A stretch of DNA of 64,000 nt from an uncultured Desulfobacter sp. (lineage in GTDB: Bacteria > Desulfobacterota > Desulfobacteria > Desulfobacterales > Desulfobacteraceae). The notes under the pieces are model-generated. The model did no database searches and had not been told where the DNA came from. It saw nothing but the letters and a program-made list of their open reading frames with translations. Positions 1 to 9,147 of this stretch are shown piece after piece (position 1 is the first letter of the stretch; every line of letters begins with the position of its first letter). The stretch is from contig OY762069.1 in NCBI GenBank assembly GCA_963665095.1, positions 5,280,001 to 5,344,000 on the forward strand. The letters are read 5' to 3'. A program made the position numbers and the translations under genes.

Positions 1-729
1 GGCGCTCCGCCCGCGCCCATGGTGATCCAGAACATGGAGAGCATAGGGGCCAACATTACCCAGACCTACGGACTGACAGAGGTGTTCGGTCCCCATTCCG
101 TGTGCCAGTGGCAGGAGAAGTGGGATGACCTGGAGCCCATGGCCAAGGCCGGACTCAAGGCCCGCCAGGGGGTTCCCTATATTGTTGCCGAGTACATGGA
201 TGTGGTGGACCCCATGACCATGGATCCGGTGCCCAGGGACGGCGCCACCATGGGTGAGATCGTCATGAGGGGCAACAATGTGATGCTCGGCTATTACAAG
301 GATGAAAAGGCCACGGCAGAAGCATTTTCCGGGGGATGGTTCCATTCCGGAGACCTGGCGGTCATGCACCCGGACAACTATGCCCAGATCATGGACCGTA
401 AAAAAGATATCATCATCTCCGGCGGAGAAAATATTTCCACTGTTGAAATTGAAAACACCCTGTATACCCACCCCGCTGTACTTGAGGTGGCCGTCATCCC
501 GGTGCCGGATGAAAAATGGGGTGAAGTGCCCAAAGCTTTTATCGTGCCCAGAAACGGAACCACCCCGGATGCCTCGGAGATCATCGCCTTCTGTAAGGAG
601 AATCTGGCGCGGTTTAAGGCGCCGAAATACATCGAATTCGGGGCGCTTCCCAAAACCGCCACAGGAAAGATCCAGAAGTTTAAGCTCCGGGAGAAGGAGT
701 GGCAAGGCCACAGCCGCATGGTGAATTAA
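1..729 (+). CDS. Acyl-CoA synthetase / AMP-binding enzyme, 3' part (begins before the window)
   Basis: Frame is open from base 1 (GAPPAP); ANL motifs YGLTE, GWFHSGDL, DRKKDIIISGGENI, LPKTATGKIQK. Confidence 0.93.
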   Translation, partial: GAPPAPMVIQNMESIGANITQTYGLTEVFGPHSVCQWQEKWDDLEPMAKAGLKARQGVPYIVAEYMDVVDPMTMDPVPRDGATMGEIVMRGNNVMLGYYKDEKATAEAFSGGWFHSGDLAVMHPDNYAQIMDRKKDIIISGGENISTVEIENTLYTHPAVLEVAVIPVPDEKWGEVPKAFIVPRNGTTPDASEIIAFCKENLARFKAPKYIEFGALPKTATGKIQKFKLREKEWQGHSRMVN

Positions 730-754
730 CAGTTAAGAAAAAAGGAGAACAAAA

Positions 755-2113
755 ATGGCTATTTACAAGCGTAATGACACAGAAGAACAACCATTCTGGC
801 CCGTTGGTCCCTTTAAGATCCGCCTGCCCCTGATCCACTACCGATGGGAATGGGTGGAGTTTACCCAGGCCCTGATTCTCTTTGTGGTCAGCCTGGCCAT
901 GATTCCTCTGCTGGAAAAATATCTGGGCCTTCCATATAACATTGCCCTGGCATACGTCTTTGTCTGCGGCGTCGGTTTTATGCTGCCCGCTTTTCTGGGC
1001 ACTCCCATGGTGCCGGGCTGGATTACGCCTGCCATCCCGGTGGTGCTGCTCTATCTCGGGCAGTTCACCCCCGGACCTGAAGCGATCCAGGCCCTGGTGG
1101 CCCTTCAGCTGATAGTGGCCGCCATCTTTCTGTTCCTGGGATTTTCAAAACTCTCCTCAAAGGTAGTGGCCAAGGTGCCGGATTCCATCAAGGCCGGTAT
1201 CCTTTTAGGCGCAGGCGTGGCCGCATATATGGGCGAACTGAAAATGGGCGGCCGGATCCCCAAAACCCCCATTGCCATAGGGCTGGGCAGCCTGGTCTGC
1301 TTTTACATGCTCTTTTCCATCTCATTTGCCCGGATGAAAACCAGCAACCCCATCGCCCGGATCATGGGAAAATACGGCATGGTGCCGGCCATGGTGGTGG
1401 CTATTTTTATCGGTATGCTGGTAAAAGAATATCCCATTCCGGATATCCAGTGGGGCATCACAGTTCCGGCGTTCGGCCAGATGTGGGAGTACCTGCCCTT
1501 CTCAGTGGGATTCCCCAGCGCAGATATTTTCCTCAAAGCCATACCAACGGCAATTATCGCTTACATCATCGCCTTTGGGGACGTCATTGTGGGTACAGTG
1601 CTGGTGGAGTCTGCCTGCAAGGAGAGCCGGTCTGATGAAAATGTGGATATTGACACCGACCGGATTCATATCATCACCGGGATCAGAAATGTGATCCACT
1701 CCTTTTTTGCCCCGTACCCCGGACTGGCCGGCCCCATCTGGACTGCTGTAACCGCCACAGTGGCCGACCGCTACCGCCAGGGCAGAGGCGCCATGGACTC
1801 CATCTTCAGCGGTGCCGGGACCTTCTGGATTTCAGGGTTCATCGCCCTGTTTATTCTTCCTCTGGTCAGTTTTTTCAAACCCTTTCTGCCCATCGGGCTC
1901 TCTTTGACCATGGTGGTCACAGGATACCTGTGCATTATCACGGCATTCAAGCAGATCAAGGATCCGCTGCAGCTCGGCGTGGCCGGGACCATGGCAGTGG
2001 TACTGGCCATGCACGGGGCAGCCTGGGGATTAGGTGTGGGCGTGGTCCTGCACATCTTCCTGGAAAGCCGTTTCAGCCTGGCCAAAACCATGGAGCCGTC
2101 GGCTGAGAACTGA
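755..2113 (+). CDS. Multi-pass membrane permease (NCS2/xanthine-uracil-like), possibly importing the CoA-ligase substrate
   Basis: 452 aa, many hydrophobic segments, AGGAGA RBS, 25 bp after the ligase. Confidence 0.7.
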   Translation: MAIYKRNDTEEQPFWPVGPFKIRLPLIHYRWEWVEFTQALILFVVSLAMIPLLEKYLGLPYNIALAYVFVCGVGFMLPAFLGTPMVPGWITPAIPVVLLYLGQFTPGPEAIQALVALQLIVAAIFLFLGFSKLSSKVVAKVPDSIKAGILLGAGVAAYMGELKMGGRIPKTPIAIGLGSLVCFYMLFSISFARMKTSNPIARIMGKYGMVPAMVVAIFIGMLVKEYPIPDIQWGITVPAFGQMWEYLPFSVGFPSADIFLKAIPTAIIAYIIAFGDVIVGTVLVESACKESRSDENVDIDTDRIHIITGIRNVIHSFFAPYPGLAGPIWTAVTATVADRYRQGRGAMDSIFSGAGTFWISGFIALFILPLVSFFKPFLPIGLSLTMVVTGYLCIITAFKQIKDPLQLGVAGTMAVVLAMHGAAWGLGVGVVLHIFLESRFSLAKTMEPSAEN

Positions 2114-2156
2114 TTCTGGAACCATATAAAGGGCTTGCCACGGCGTTTGCCCAAGC

Positions 2157-2198
2157 ATAACAAGGCCCGGCTTTTGTAAAAAAGCCGGGCCTTGTTAT
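2157..2198. terminator. Strong hairpin, probable intrinsic terminator
   Basis: 19-bp perfect inverted repeat ATAACAAGGCCCGGCTTTT / AAAAGCCGGGCCTTGTTAT after the permease stop. Confidence 0.75.
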
Positions 2199-2332
2199 CC
2201 TGCCATCCCATCTTTCAGGAAGTATATTTCTGGGAAACACTGTAGTATATGAGTTATAAAAACCTCTGAAAAGGGTGTTTTCACGTTGATTCGGTGGAAG
2301 TAAAAGCAAGAAATCAGGAAAAGAAAGAGCAG

Positions 2333-3205
2333 ATGGAAAACTTTAAAAATATGAGCCTGCGCGAATTACTGGCCAAGGCGTCACCCTTAAGATCCGGAGA
2401 TGTCCTGGCCGGCATTGCCGCGGCAAGTGAAGAAGAGCGTGCCAGAGCCCAGATATTCCTTGCTGAGGTGGCGCTGACAAGGTTCCTGGATGAACCGGTC
2501 ATCTCATATGAGACGGACGAGATCACCCGTCTTATTGTGGATGAACATGATTCAACTGCTTTTCGTAAGGTTCAGGGGTTTACTGTTGGTGAATTCAGAG
2601 ACTGGCTGCTGACGGATGTGGCCGATACTGACGTTCTCAGGGAATTGAGCCCGGGCCTGACACCGGAGATGGTTGCCGCTGTTTCAAAAATCATGCGGAC
2701 CCAGGACCTGATTCTGGTGGCGTCCAAGTGCCGGGTGGAAACCTGCTTCAGAAATACCATGGGGGCACCCCACAGTCTTGGCGTAAGACTTCAACCCAAC
2801 CATCCCACTGATGATCTATTCGGGATTGCGGCATCAATCCTGGACGGTATCTGTTACGGCTGTGGTGATGCCGTGATCGGGGTCAATCCGGCAACGGACA
2901 ATCTGGAAAACATTACCCGGCTGCTTTGGATGCTCGACGCGATCATTGAAAAATATGAGATACCCACCCAGTCCTGTGTGCTGACCCATGTCACGACCAC
3001 CATAGAGGCGATCAACGCAGGTGTGCCAGTGGATCTATGTTTTCAGTCCATTGCAGGTACCGAGGATGCCAACAAGGGCTTTGGCATTTCTCTTTCCCTG
3101 TTGCAGGAAGGATATGAGGCCGCACTCTCCTTGAACCGGGGAACCATCGGCGATAATGTGATGTATTTTGAGACAGGTCAGGGATGCGGTTCACCAGCCC
3201 TTTGA
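2333..3205 (+). pseudogene. eutB: Ethanolamine ammonia-lyase large subunit, 3'-truncated
   Basis: LLAKASPLRSGDVLAG, RLQPNHPTDD, GDAVIGVNPA, MYFETGQG, then immediate divergence and stop; about 290 aa versus about 450-460 aa typical; start codon uncertain. Confidence 0.88.
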
Positions 3206-3839
3206 CAAAAATACCCTTGCTGAAAAGTTGGAGAGCAAAGGCATCCAGTACTCTTTTTTAAACTCTTCGGTGGCCAGCCGGAGCGAATATCTCACCCGTC
3301 CAGACAAGGGCCGGGCTCTTGATCAAAATTCAAGGGAACAACTGGACGGGGAGAAGCAGGTCTGGGATATGGGTATGGTCGTCTGTGACGGGCTATCCAC
3401 CCGGGCTATCCACGAGAACTGTGCGGAGTTCATTATATTGTTTCGCAGCCTGGCACTTGTTGCAGAGTATTCCATTGCACCTGTGCAAATTGTGCAGAAC
3501 GGACGTGTTGCCATTGGTGATGAAATTTGTGAAAGCCTTAAAACAAAACTGGCAATAGTTCTCATTGGGGAACGGCCGGGATTAAGCTCCCCTGACTCTT
3601 TGGGCATCTATCTGACATATGCGCCCAGAGTCGGCACAACCGATGAGGCCAGAAACTGCATTTCAAATGTGCGTGAAAAAGGGTTGCCCATTCCACTTGC
3701 CGTTAAGAAACTGGCCTACCTGGTTGAAACCGCGTTTGTCGAAAAACGCTCGGGGGTCATGCTCAAGGACAAGATGGATGCAGGCTATCTTCCCTTTGGG
3801 ATTTTGCCAGAACTGGCCGGTGGGACCAGCAAATCATGA
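3179..3839 (+). pseudogene. eutC: Ethanolamine ammonia-lyase small subunit, 5'-truncated
   Basis: RDAVH, YLTRPDKGR, DGLS, GRVAIGDEI, LIGERPGLSSPDSLGIYLTY, RNCISNV; N-terminal region and a proper start/RBS are missing. Confidence 0.85.
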
Positions 3840-3857
3840 CACCCGGTAGCCATCATA

Positions 3858-3895
3858 AAGAAGGCCGGAAAAGAAGAATGCATCCCGGCCTTCTT
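3858..3895. terminator. Hairpin between convergent eutC and DUF1638 genes
   Basis: AAGAAGGCCGG ... CCGGCCTTCTT inverted repeat. Confidence 0.55.
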
Positions 3896-3939
3896 GTTAT
3901 ACAGGGGGCGTTCTTCGCCCAGCTTTTTGAAATTACAGA

Positions 3940-4596
3940 TCATGAATGGTTGAGCTTTTCCAAAGCCTCTGTCAGAAGAAACTTGAATCTGTCCAGAGTC
4001 ACAGGGGCCGGCTGCATGGGAATCCCCATCCAGTCGCAATACTCAAGAAAGGCTTCAGGATCTTCGGCCATATACTCGTCCATAAAACCGACGGCATCAA
4101 GCACCACGGCCCCGCCGGTGTGCCTGGGAAAATTCTCATTGGCAATGCCTTTGTCCCAGCCCTTGAACACCTGGGTTTTATATTTGACCCATCCCGGTGT
4201 CATGAACCAGACAGGTTCTCCGCCTGCCAGCTCCTCTTTGATCTGCGCCATTTCATCTTCCGTGGCCAGCATGTTCATGCAGTGGGTGGCCTCGATTCTG
4301 GCAACATTAGGACCCTGTTCTTCGATAATGTGCTTCATCTGCCGGGTGGGGTTGTCCGCATCCACATAGCAGAATTTTCCTCCGTAGACTACAATCACAT
4401 TATCGGCTGCCGCCTTTGCCTTTTCGATAAATTTGACCAGCGAACGCTCAAGTTCCCGGATGTCCTGATGAAGTCCGGGCGTGGTAAAATAGATGTGGTC
4501 TGTATCCAGAAACCCTTGCGCCTTGAGGTAATTGATTTCAGGGCTCATGGTTCCGCAGGCGACAATGGCCGTATTCTTAAATGACAGTTCCGACAT
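3940..4596 (-). CDS. DUF1638 domain protein (family often linked to corrinoid methyltransferase activation)
   Basis: IVACGT, PGLH, VYG..C, HC..MLA, FMTPGW motifs; ATG at 4596 with AAGGAG RBS. Confidence 0.8.
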   Translation of the reverse strand: MSELSFKNTAIVACGTMSPEINYLKAQGFLDTDHIYFTTPGLHQDIRELERSLVKFIEKAKAAADNVIVVYGGKFCYVDADNPTRQMKHIIEEQGPNVARIEATHCMNMLATEDEMAQIKEELAGGEPVWFMTPGWVKYKTQVFKGWDKGIANENFPRHTGGAVVLDAVGFMDEYMAEDPEAFLEYCDWMGIPMQPAPVTLDRFKFLLTEALEKLNHS

Positions 4597-4624
4597 GGGG
4601 CTCTCCTTTATATATATACAGTCC

Positions 4625-4664
4625 AAAAAATCAGGGGCAGCCGTGACGTTATCAGGCTGCCCCC
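4625..4664 (-). terminator. Intrinsic terminator about 30 nt upstream of the DUF1638 start codon
   Basis: Minus strand GGGGCAGCC-loop-GGCTGCCCC followed by TGATTTTTT. Confidence 0.75.
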
Positions 4665-4734
4665 TACGGCGGTGAGGTGGTTAAACAGATTTATGGAGGT
4701 AAGTAAATGCCATTACTTGAATCTGTATAACGGT
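4625..4734 (-). ncRNA. Candidate sigma54-dependent sRNA or attenuated leader, about 110 nt
   Basis: Lies between a consensus -24/-12 site and an intrinsic terminator; internal stems ACAGATT/AATCTGT and AAGTAA/TTACTT. Confidence 0.45.
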
Positions 4735-4744
4735 ATTTTAAATT

Positions 4745-4760
4745 AGCAACTCCCATGCCA
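4745..4760 (-). promoter_or_regulatory. Sigma54 (-24/-12) promoter
   Basis: Minus strand TGGCAT-GGGAG-TTGCT, exact GG-N10-GC spacing. Confidence 0.7.
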
Positions 4761-5101
4761 CGAATAAAATATTTTTCAAGTACAAGAAGATTCGTTCTGG
4801 CAGCCTTTATCAGGCCGCACTCTGCAATTTTGGAACGGAATATCAAGCGTTACCTTAACGCTATCAATGGATCGGTAACGCTACTGAAACGGTGCGACCC
4901 GGCGCAAAACAGCACCTACCGCCATCCAAACCTGGTGGCTATCTTCCCTTAGGGCTTTTGCGGCTTTTGTCTGCGCATCTTCGGTTAAATAGGAGAAAGC
5001 CTGGTTCCTCCCTTTGGCCAGGTGTGTTGAAGTGTCAGGCGCAGGCATCCTCCTTACTTTCAAAAAATGGTCATGAAATATCCGGGCTGAACTATCTGTT
5101 T

Positions 5102-7297
5102 CTACTGAGCATCAACAACCAATCCTGTGATGGGAAAGTTATCCGGCTCATTATCGGGATCAATTACCGCCCGGACCACTACAACGTACTTGCCTGCATC
5201 TGGAAATGTTATGCTGCAGTCAGTTGAGGTGGAGTACTCCTGCACCATGGTCCACTGGGTGGTTTCATATTCGGAAGTCCCGTAATTAGCACAATAATAA
5301 AATTTATAATATACAACACTTTCGTCCGATGTTGAGGCTTGTGCGGTGAACGTGACCGGCACCCCTGCCCGGATGTTTCCCTGGGCACTGGATGTCAGGG
5401 AGCTGATATTGACGGCATTGCTTAGGCCCACCGAAACCACCTGCCCCATAATGGGAAGAGCTGCCGGTTCATTGCCGGAATCGGTAACCGCCCGCACCAC
5501 TAAAACGTAAGCCCCGGCTTCATCAAATACATACGTACAGGTCGGAGAGGTTGAGTACTCCTGGACCATGGTCCAGTCTGTGCTTTCATAGAAGGGTGTA
5601 CCATAATTGGCACGGTAAAAAAATTTGTAATATACATCGGCCTGCTCGGGATTTGCGGCAGAAGCTGTCAGAACAACGGAATCCTGCGGATTGATATCAA
5701 GGGTACTGTTGAGTTGAAGGCCTGTGATATTAATTGTTTCAGGCGTGGAGGAAAGCGTTGCTTCATATGTGAATTCCAGGTTGTCGGAAGTTTGAGAATA
5801 ATTGGCCAGCCCAAGCACTACCTCAGAAAGCCTGTCGTCATCAAATCCTGCAAAATTCACACTTCCCTGGTTGCTTGCTCCGTCAAGATCAAAAAATTTT
5901 TCTTCATAAGAACCGTCCGCTTTTCGGGCGACTGCCACTGCATTGAGCTCCTTATTGTCCTGTCCGTCAACGGTTATGGTTAACAGCCCCGACTGTGAAA
6001 TTCCGGTCTGCGGTACAAATTTATAGTATTTTGAAGATAGATGAGAGACATCTACTGTCTGCTGGGATATGGATGTAACGGTATCACCTAACTGGTGAAC
6101 GGATTCACTGTTGGCAATAGCTACATCGGTATAGGCAGCATTCGCGGCATCGGTGTAAAAACCTGTTTTTGCATAGTTCTTTGCCACAAATTGGGTAAAT
6201 GCGTCTTTAAAAGTTGCACTGTTTGAAACCAGTACTGCAGATATTGCATCAACAGCATTATCATTGCCATAGTCATCCATGCTATCCCATACCTGCCTGA
6301 CTACATCCTGGTCATATTTTGTTTCTAAAAACTCATTGAAAATCCAAGCGCTGTACCAATGGGGATCTCCCTCATCCAGGGCCGTTTCCGGAGAGGCAAA
6401 AAAGTCACTCACATATTGAAGGTTATCATTGATATCATCATAAACCTGGTCTTCCATCCAGGTGGACGTGACTTCCATATACCAACCGGGTGCTTCAGCG
6501 TTGATACCGAACTGAATCACATGGTGATACTCATGGGCCGCCGTCACCTTCATTGCGTTTTCTTCAGAACCGCTGATGTCTACAAATTCGGAATAATCAT
6601 TATCCATAACCATAAAGCTGTAGACTGCATTGGCATCCGGACCGGTTACTGCATCAGAGGCCCAGTCGTCCGGGACAACATATCCGTAGAAGTTTTCACC
6701 GCAGTTCATAAGGTAGATATCAAATTTGCCGTCTCCTCCGTTATCCTCCATGCCCGTGTCATAAGGAGGTTCGGGATACCCCATGGCAGTGATCTCGGTT
6801 TCGTATACATTTTCAAACGCCCTGGCCATTTTTTGAACAAATTCAAGGGTGGCCGTGTGCACGGTCCCTTGGTTGTCAGGGGTGGCGTGGGTGACATACC
6901 AGAATTTGAATTTGCCCCCGATATTGGGATATTGGGCCGCATCCGGTTCAAACGTGGATACCGGACTCGGGAGATATCCTGCCTCCTCATATTCGGTACT
7001 ATCCGGCCGTCTGAACAAGGCATTCAGGAATTCCTGGGACTCATTGGAATATAAATGATAATTGTTTCTGGCCTCAAGGAGCAAGTGGGTAATATCCCTT
7101 GTCGGAACAGGGTTTGAAACAGCCATGATCCTTTCTCCCACCTGACTGTTCGGGGACAGATAGGACCTTAAGCTTTCAATGACATATGCTTCCCTGTCAT
7201 TATCCAGGGAGGCCTCACTCAGGGGTATGCCGGATAAAAATACCATGATCAGACATCCTGCACTAACCAACCCTCTGCAAATTTGCCGTTTACTCAT
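5102..7297 (-). CDS. Secreted putative zinc metallopeptidase (MXAN_6640-like) with two C-terminal tyrosine-rich (Y_Y_Y-like) repeats
   Basis: Signal peptide; TAAHEYHHVIQFG (HExxH) followed by WYMEVTSTWME; two ~100-aa repeats containing YYKFxY.ANYGT..YE.T.WTMVQEYSTS. Confidence 0.75.
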   Translation of the reverse strand: MSKRQICRGLVSAGCLIMVFLSGIPLSEASLDNDREAYVIESLRSYLSPNSQVGERIMAVSNPVPTRDITHLLLEARNNYHLYSNESQEFLNALFRRPDSTEYEEAGYLPSPVSTFEPDAAQYPNIGGKFKFWYVTHATPDNQGTVHTATLEFVQKMARAFENVYETEITAMGYPEPPYDTGMEDNGGDGKFDIYLMNCGENFYGYVVPDDWASDAVTGPDANAVYSFMVMDNDYSEFVDISGSEENAMKVTAAHEYHHVIQFGINAEAPGWYMEVTSTWMEDQVYDDINDNLQYVSDFFASPETALDEGDPHWYSAWIFNEFLETKYDQDVVRQVWDSMDDYGNDNAVDAISAVLVSNSATFKDAFTQFVAKNYAKTGFYTDAANAAYTDVAIANSESVHQLGDTVTSISQQTVDVSHLSSKYYKFVPQTGISQSGLLTITVDGQDNKELNAVAVARKADGSYEEKFFDLDGASNQGSVNFAGFDDDRLSEVVLGLANYSQTSDNLEFTYEATLSSTPETINITGLQLNSTLDINPQDSVVLTASAANPEQADVYYKFFYRANYGTPFYESTDWTMVQEYSTSPTCTYVFDEAGAYVLVVRAVTDSGNEPAALPIMGQVVSVGLSNAVNISSLTSSAQGNIRAGVPVTFTAQASTSDESVVYYKFYYCANYGTSEYETTQWTMVQEYSTSTDCSITFPDAGKYVVVVRAVIDPDNEPDNFPITGLVVDAQ

Positions 7298-7323
7298 TCT
7301 TTGTATTTCCTTTTCTTAAAGGG

Positions 7324-8403
7324 TTAATCCCCAAACACCCGTTTTGTGCGAACATGATTCACCATGATCTGGCCTGCTTTCAATGTCAACAATCCTGTAG
7401 TGCTTCTTTGGCGGTGCTTTACTTTATATTCTCCCGGTGTAAGTTCCAGGCCATATATCCCGTTTTCGTCACTTGTTACATGAATCTGTTTTGAACCATC
7501 CTGCGGCTGTATCGTGAGATCGGCTCCTGGGATCACTTTGCTGATTCCATGTGCCGGTTTTCTTTTTCCCCCCTGTACCGGGGAGTACACCAGTCCGCAA
7601 ACCCGGGCAAAAGAGCCGTTTGCTGATGTTTCAAGTTTTATATCGTTAATTATGATCCGGGGCTCGCCGTTATATTTCTTGATTTGAATGTCGGGAGCAT
7701 ACCCCTGCTGATAGACAGTGATCACAAACCAGGTTCCCGGGGTTGATGAAAACAAGGGCAGTGAATAAGATCCATCCGGCAGGGAAGAGGTCGAAGATGT
7801 TTCCATCCCGTTAAATATTTCTATATTGATACCGGAGTGATTTTTTTCCCCTTTGAATTGTACTTTTCCCATAATATCAGCTTTTTTTTCTGCCATGATT
7901 TCCTGAAGATGATCCTTGGCATATTTGGCAAAGCGCCGGGGAAACTGTTGGTGAAAATCATCCCATACTGTCTGGAAAACTAATAACGCCTCTGAATATT
8001 TCCCTGTCTTTTTTAAGATGATTCCTTGTTTCAGCCGCAGCCTTGCTGTGATTTCTGGCGAAAGTGAATGATTCTGCCGGTGTAAAAAATCCGCAATCAG
8101 GGAAGATGCCTGATCTCCCTGGCCACTCAATAAAAGACAATCCGATGTAAGATCAACGAGATCCGCTGCCAACGCAGGATCTTCAAAAAAGATATTTTTC
8201 CCGCATCCTGGCTTCAGCGCTTTAAGTCCCCCTGATGCACACCCTGAGTAATTCCGGTTGTCGTAAAGCTGCTTTAGCTTATTAAACTGAGCCCTGAACT
8301 CGGAAGAGGGCGAACCCGTGTGAGTTGTTGGGGCACAGGCTGACAGAAAAAAGTATGCCCCCAAAAATATAGGTATGATCTTATTTCCTGTCGGGCAAAG
8401 CAT
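7324..8403 (-). CDS. Lipoprotein with TPR-like helices and carboxypeptidase-regulatory-like beta domains
   Basis: Lipobox LSAC; helical N-half; DGSYSL and DENGIYGLELTPGEY motifs. Confidence 0.6.
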   Translation of the reverse strand: MLCPTGNKIIPIFLGAYFFLSACAPTTHTGSPSSEFRAQFNKLKQLYDNRNYSGCASGGLKALKPGCGKNIFFEDPALAADLVDLTSDCLLLSGQGDQASSLIADFLHRQNHSLSPEITARLRLKQGIILKKTGKYSEALLVFQTVWDDFHQQFPRRFAKYAKDHLQEIMAEKKADIMGKVQFKGEKNHSGINIEIFNGMETSSTSSLPDGSYSLPLFSSTPGTWFVITVYQQGYAPDIQIKKYNGEPRIIINDIKLETSANGSFARVCGLVYSPVQGGKRKPAHGISKVIPGADLTIQPQDGSKQIHVTSDENGIYGLELTPGEYKVKHRQRSTTGLLTLKAGQIMVNHVRTKRVFGD

Positions 8404-8718
8404 AATTGCCTCCGTTTAAACTTGTTTGTATATTTTGGAATTCTCAATCTTTCATTTTTCAGAAGAGATACACACCTTTTATCATATTCCCAATCGGAAT
8501 ACCAACCACGGGAAAGAATTATTCAGGGGACCTTCCCATCAAAGAAATTCATTTAGTCTCCACTAATCTTTACCCATCGTGCTCTTAATTTTGCTGTTTT
8601 TATGCTTTAAAAAACGAAATATAGTCTGGATATTGTCGCATGCTGTCTTTATCTTGAATAAGAGGGGCCGAGGTACTACCTTGCCTGTCTGACTGAAAAA
8701 GATTGAAGGAGACAAGTT

Positions 8719-9147
8719 GTGTTTGACTGCCCCGATTATCTGGAAAGGTTATAAACGGGCCAACCTGTTGCAAATCCCTTTCTGGATTTTATGGGAATCC
8801 AGCTTGAAGAACTTCGAAACGGCTATGCCAGATTCAGTATGGAGGTCCGGCCGGAATTTCTGCAGGGTGCGGGCATTATGCAGGGGGGGGGGCTTTCCAT
8901 TGCTCTTTCCAGTGAAACTGCTGCCCATACGGTGATGACCACCCTGGCTGAAGGTGAAAATCTGACCACCATTGAGTTGAAAAATAATTTTCTGTCCATG
9001 GTTTCAAAAGGGTTCCTGATTGCGGAATCAACTGTCTATAAACGCGGTCGTCAGATCGTCATTGTTGACTTTTTTGTACGAAGCGACCAGGGAAAGGAAA
9101 TTTCAAAAAGCAGTGCAGCCATCATGGTGATCCCGAGCCTGAAATAG
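8719..9147 (+). pseudogene. PaaI-family hotdog thioesterase with in-frame TAA at codon 12
   Basis: AAGGAGA RBS, GTG at 8719, (M)FDCPDYLERL*TGQPVANPFLDFMGI..., QGAGIMQGG, TIELKNNFL, KRGRQ. Confidence 0.7.

Noticed and set aside
3168..3205. Programmed frameshift joining EutB and EutC
   Set aside because: No slippery sequence, and essential parts of both subunits are missing; a deletion explains it better
3836..4584. Plus-strand ORFs of 177 and 212 aa
   Set aside because: Antisense to the DUF1638 gene; no motifs
4780..5060. Cobalamin or c-di-GMP riboswitch, or tRNA-Sec
   Set aside because: Core consensus elements and cloverleaf pairing could not be found by eye
6359..7054. 231-aa plus-strand ORF
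   Set aside because: Shadow of the metallopeptidase gene
8752..8754. Recoding (Sec/Pyl) in the thioesterase
   Set aside because: The stop is TAA, which is not recoded
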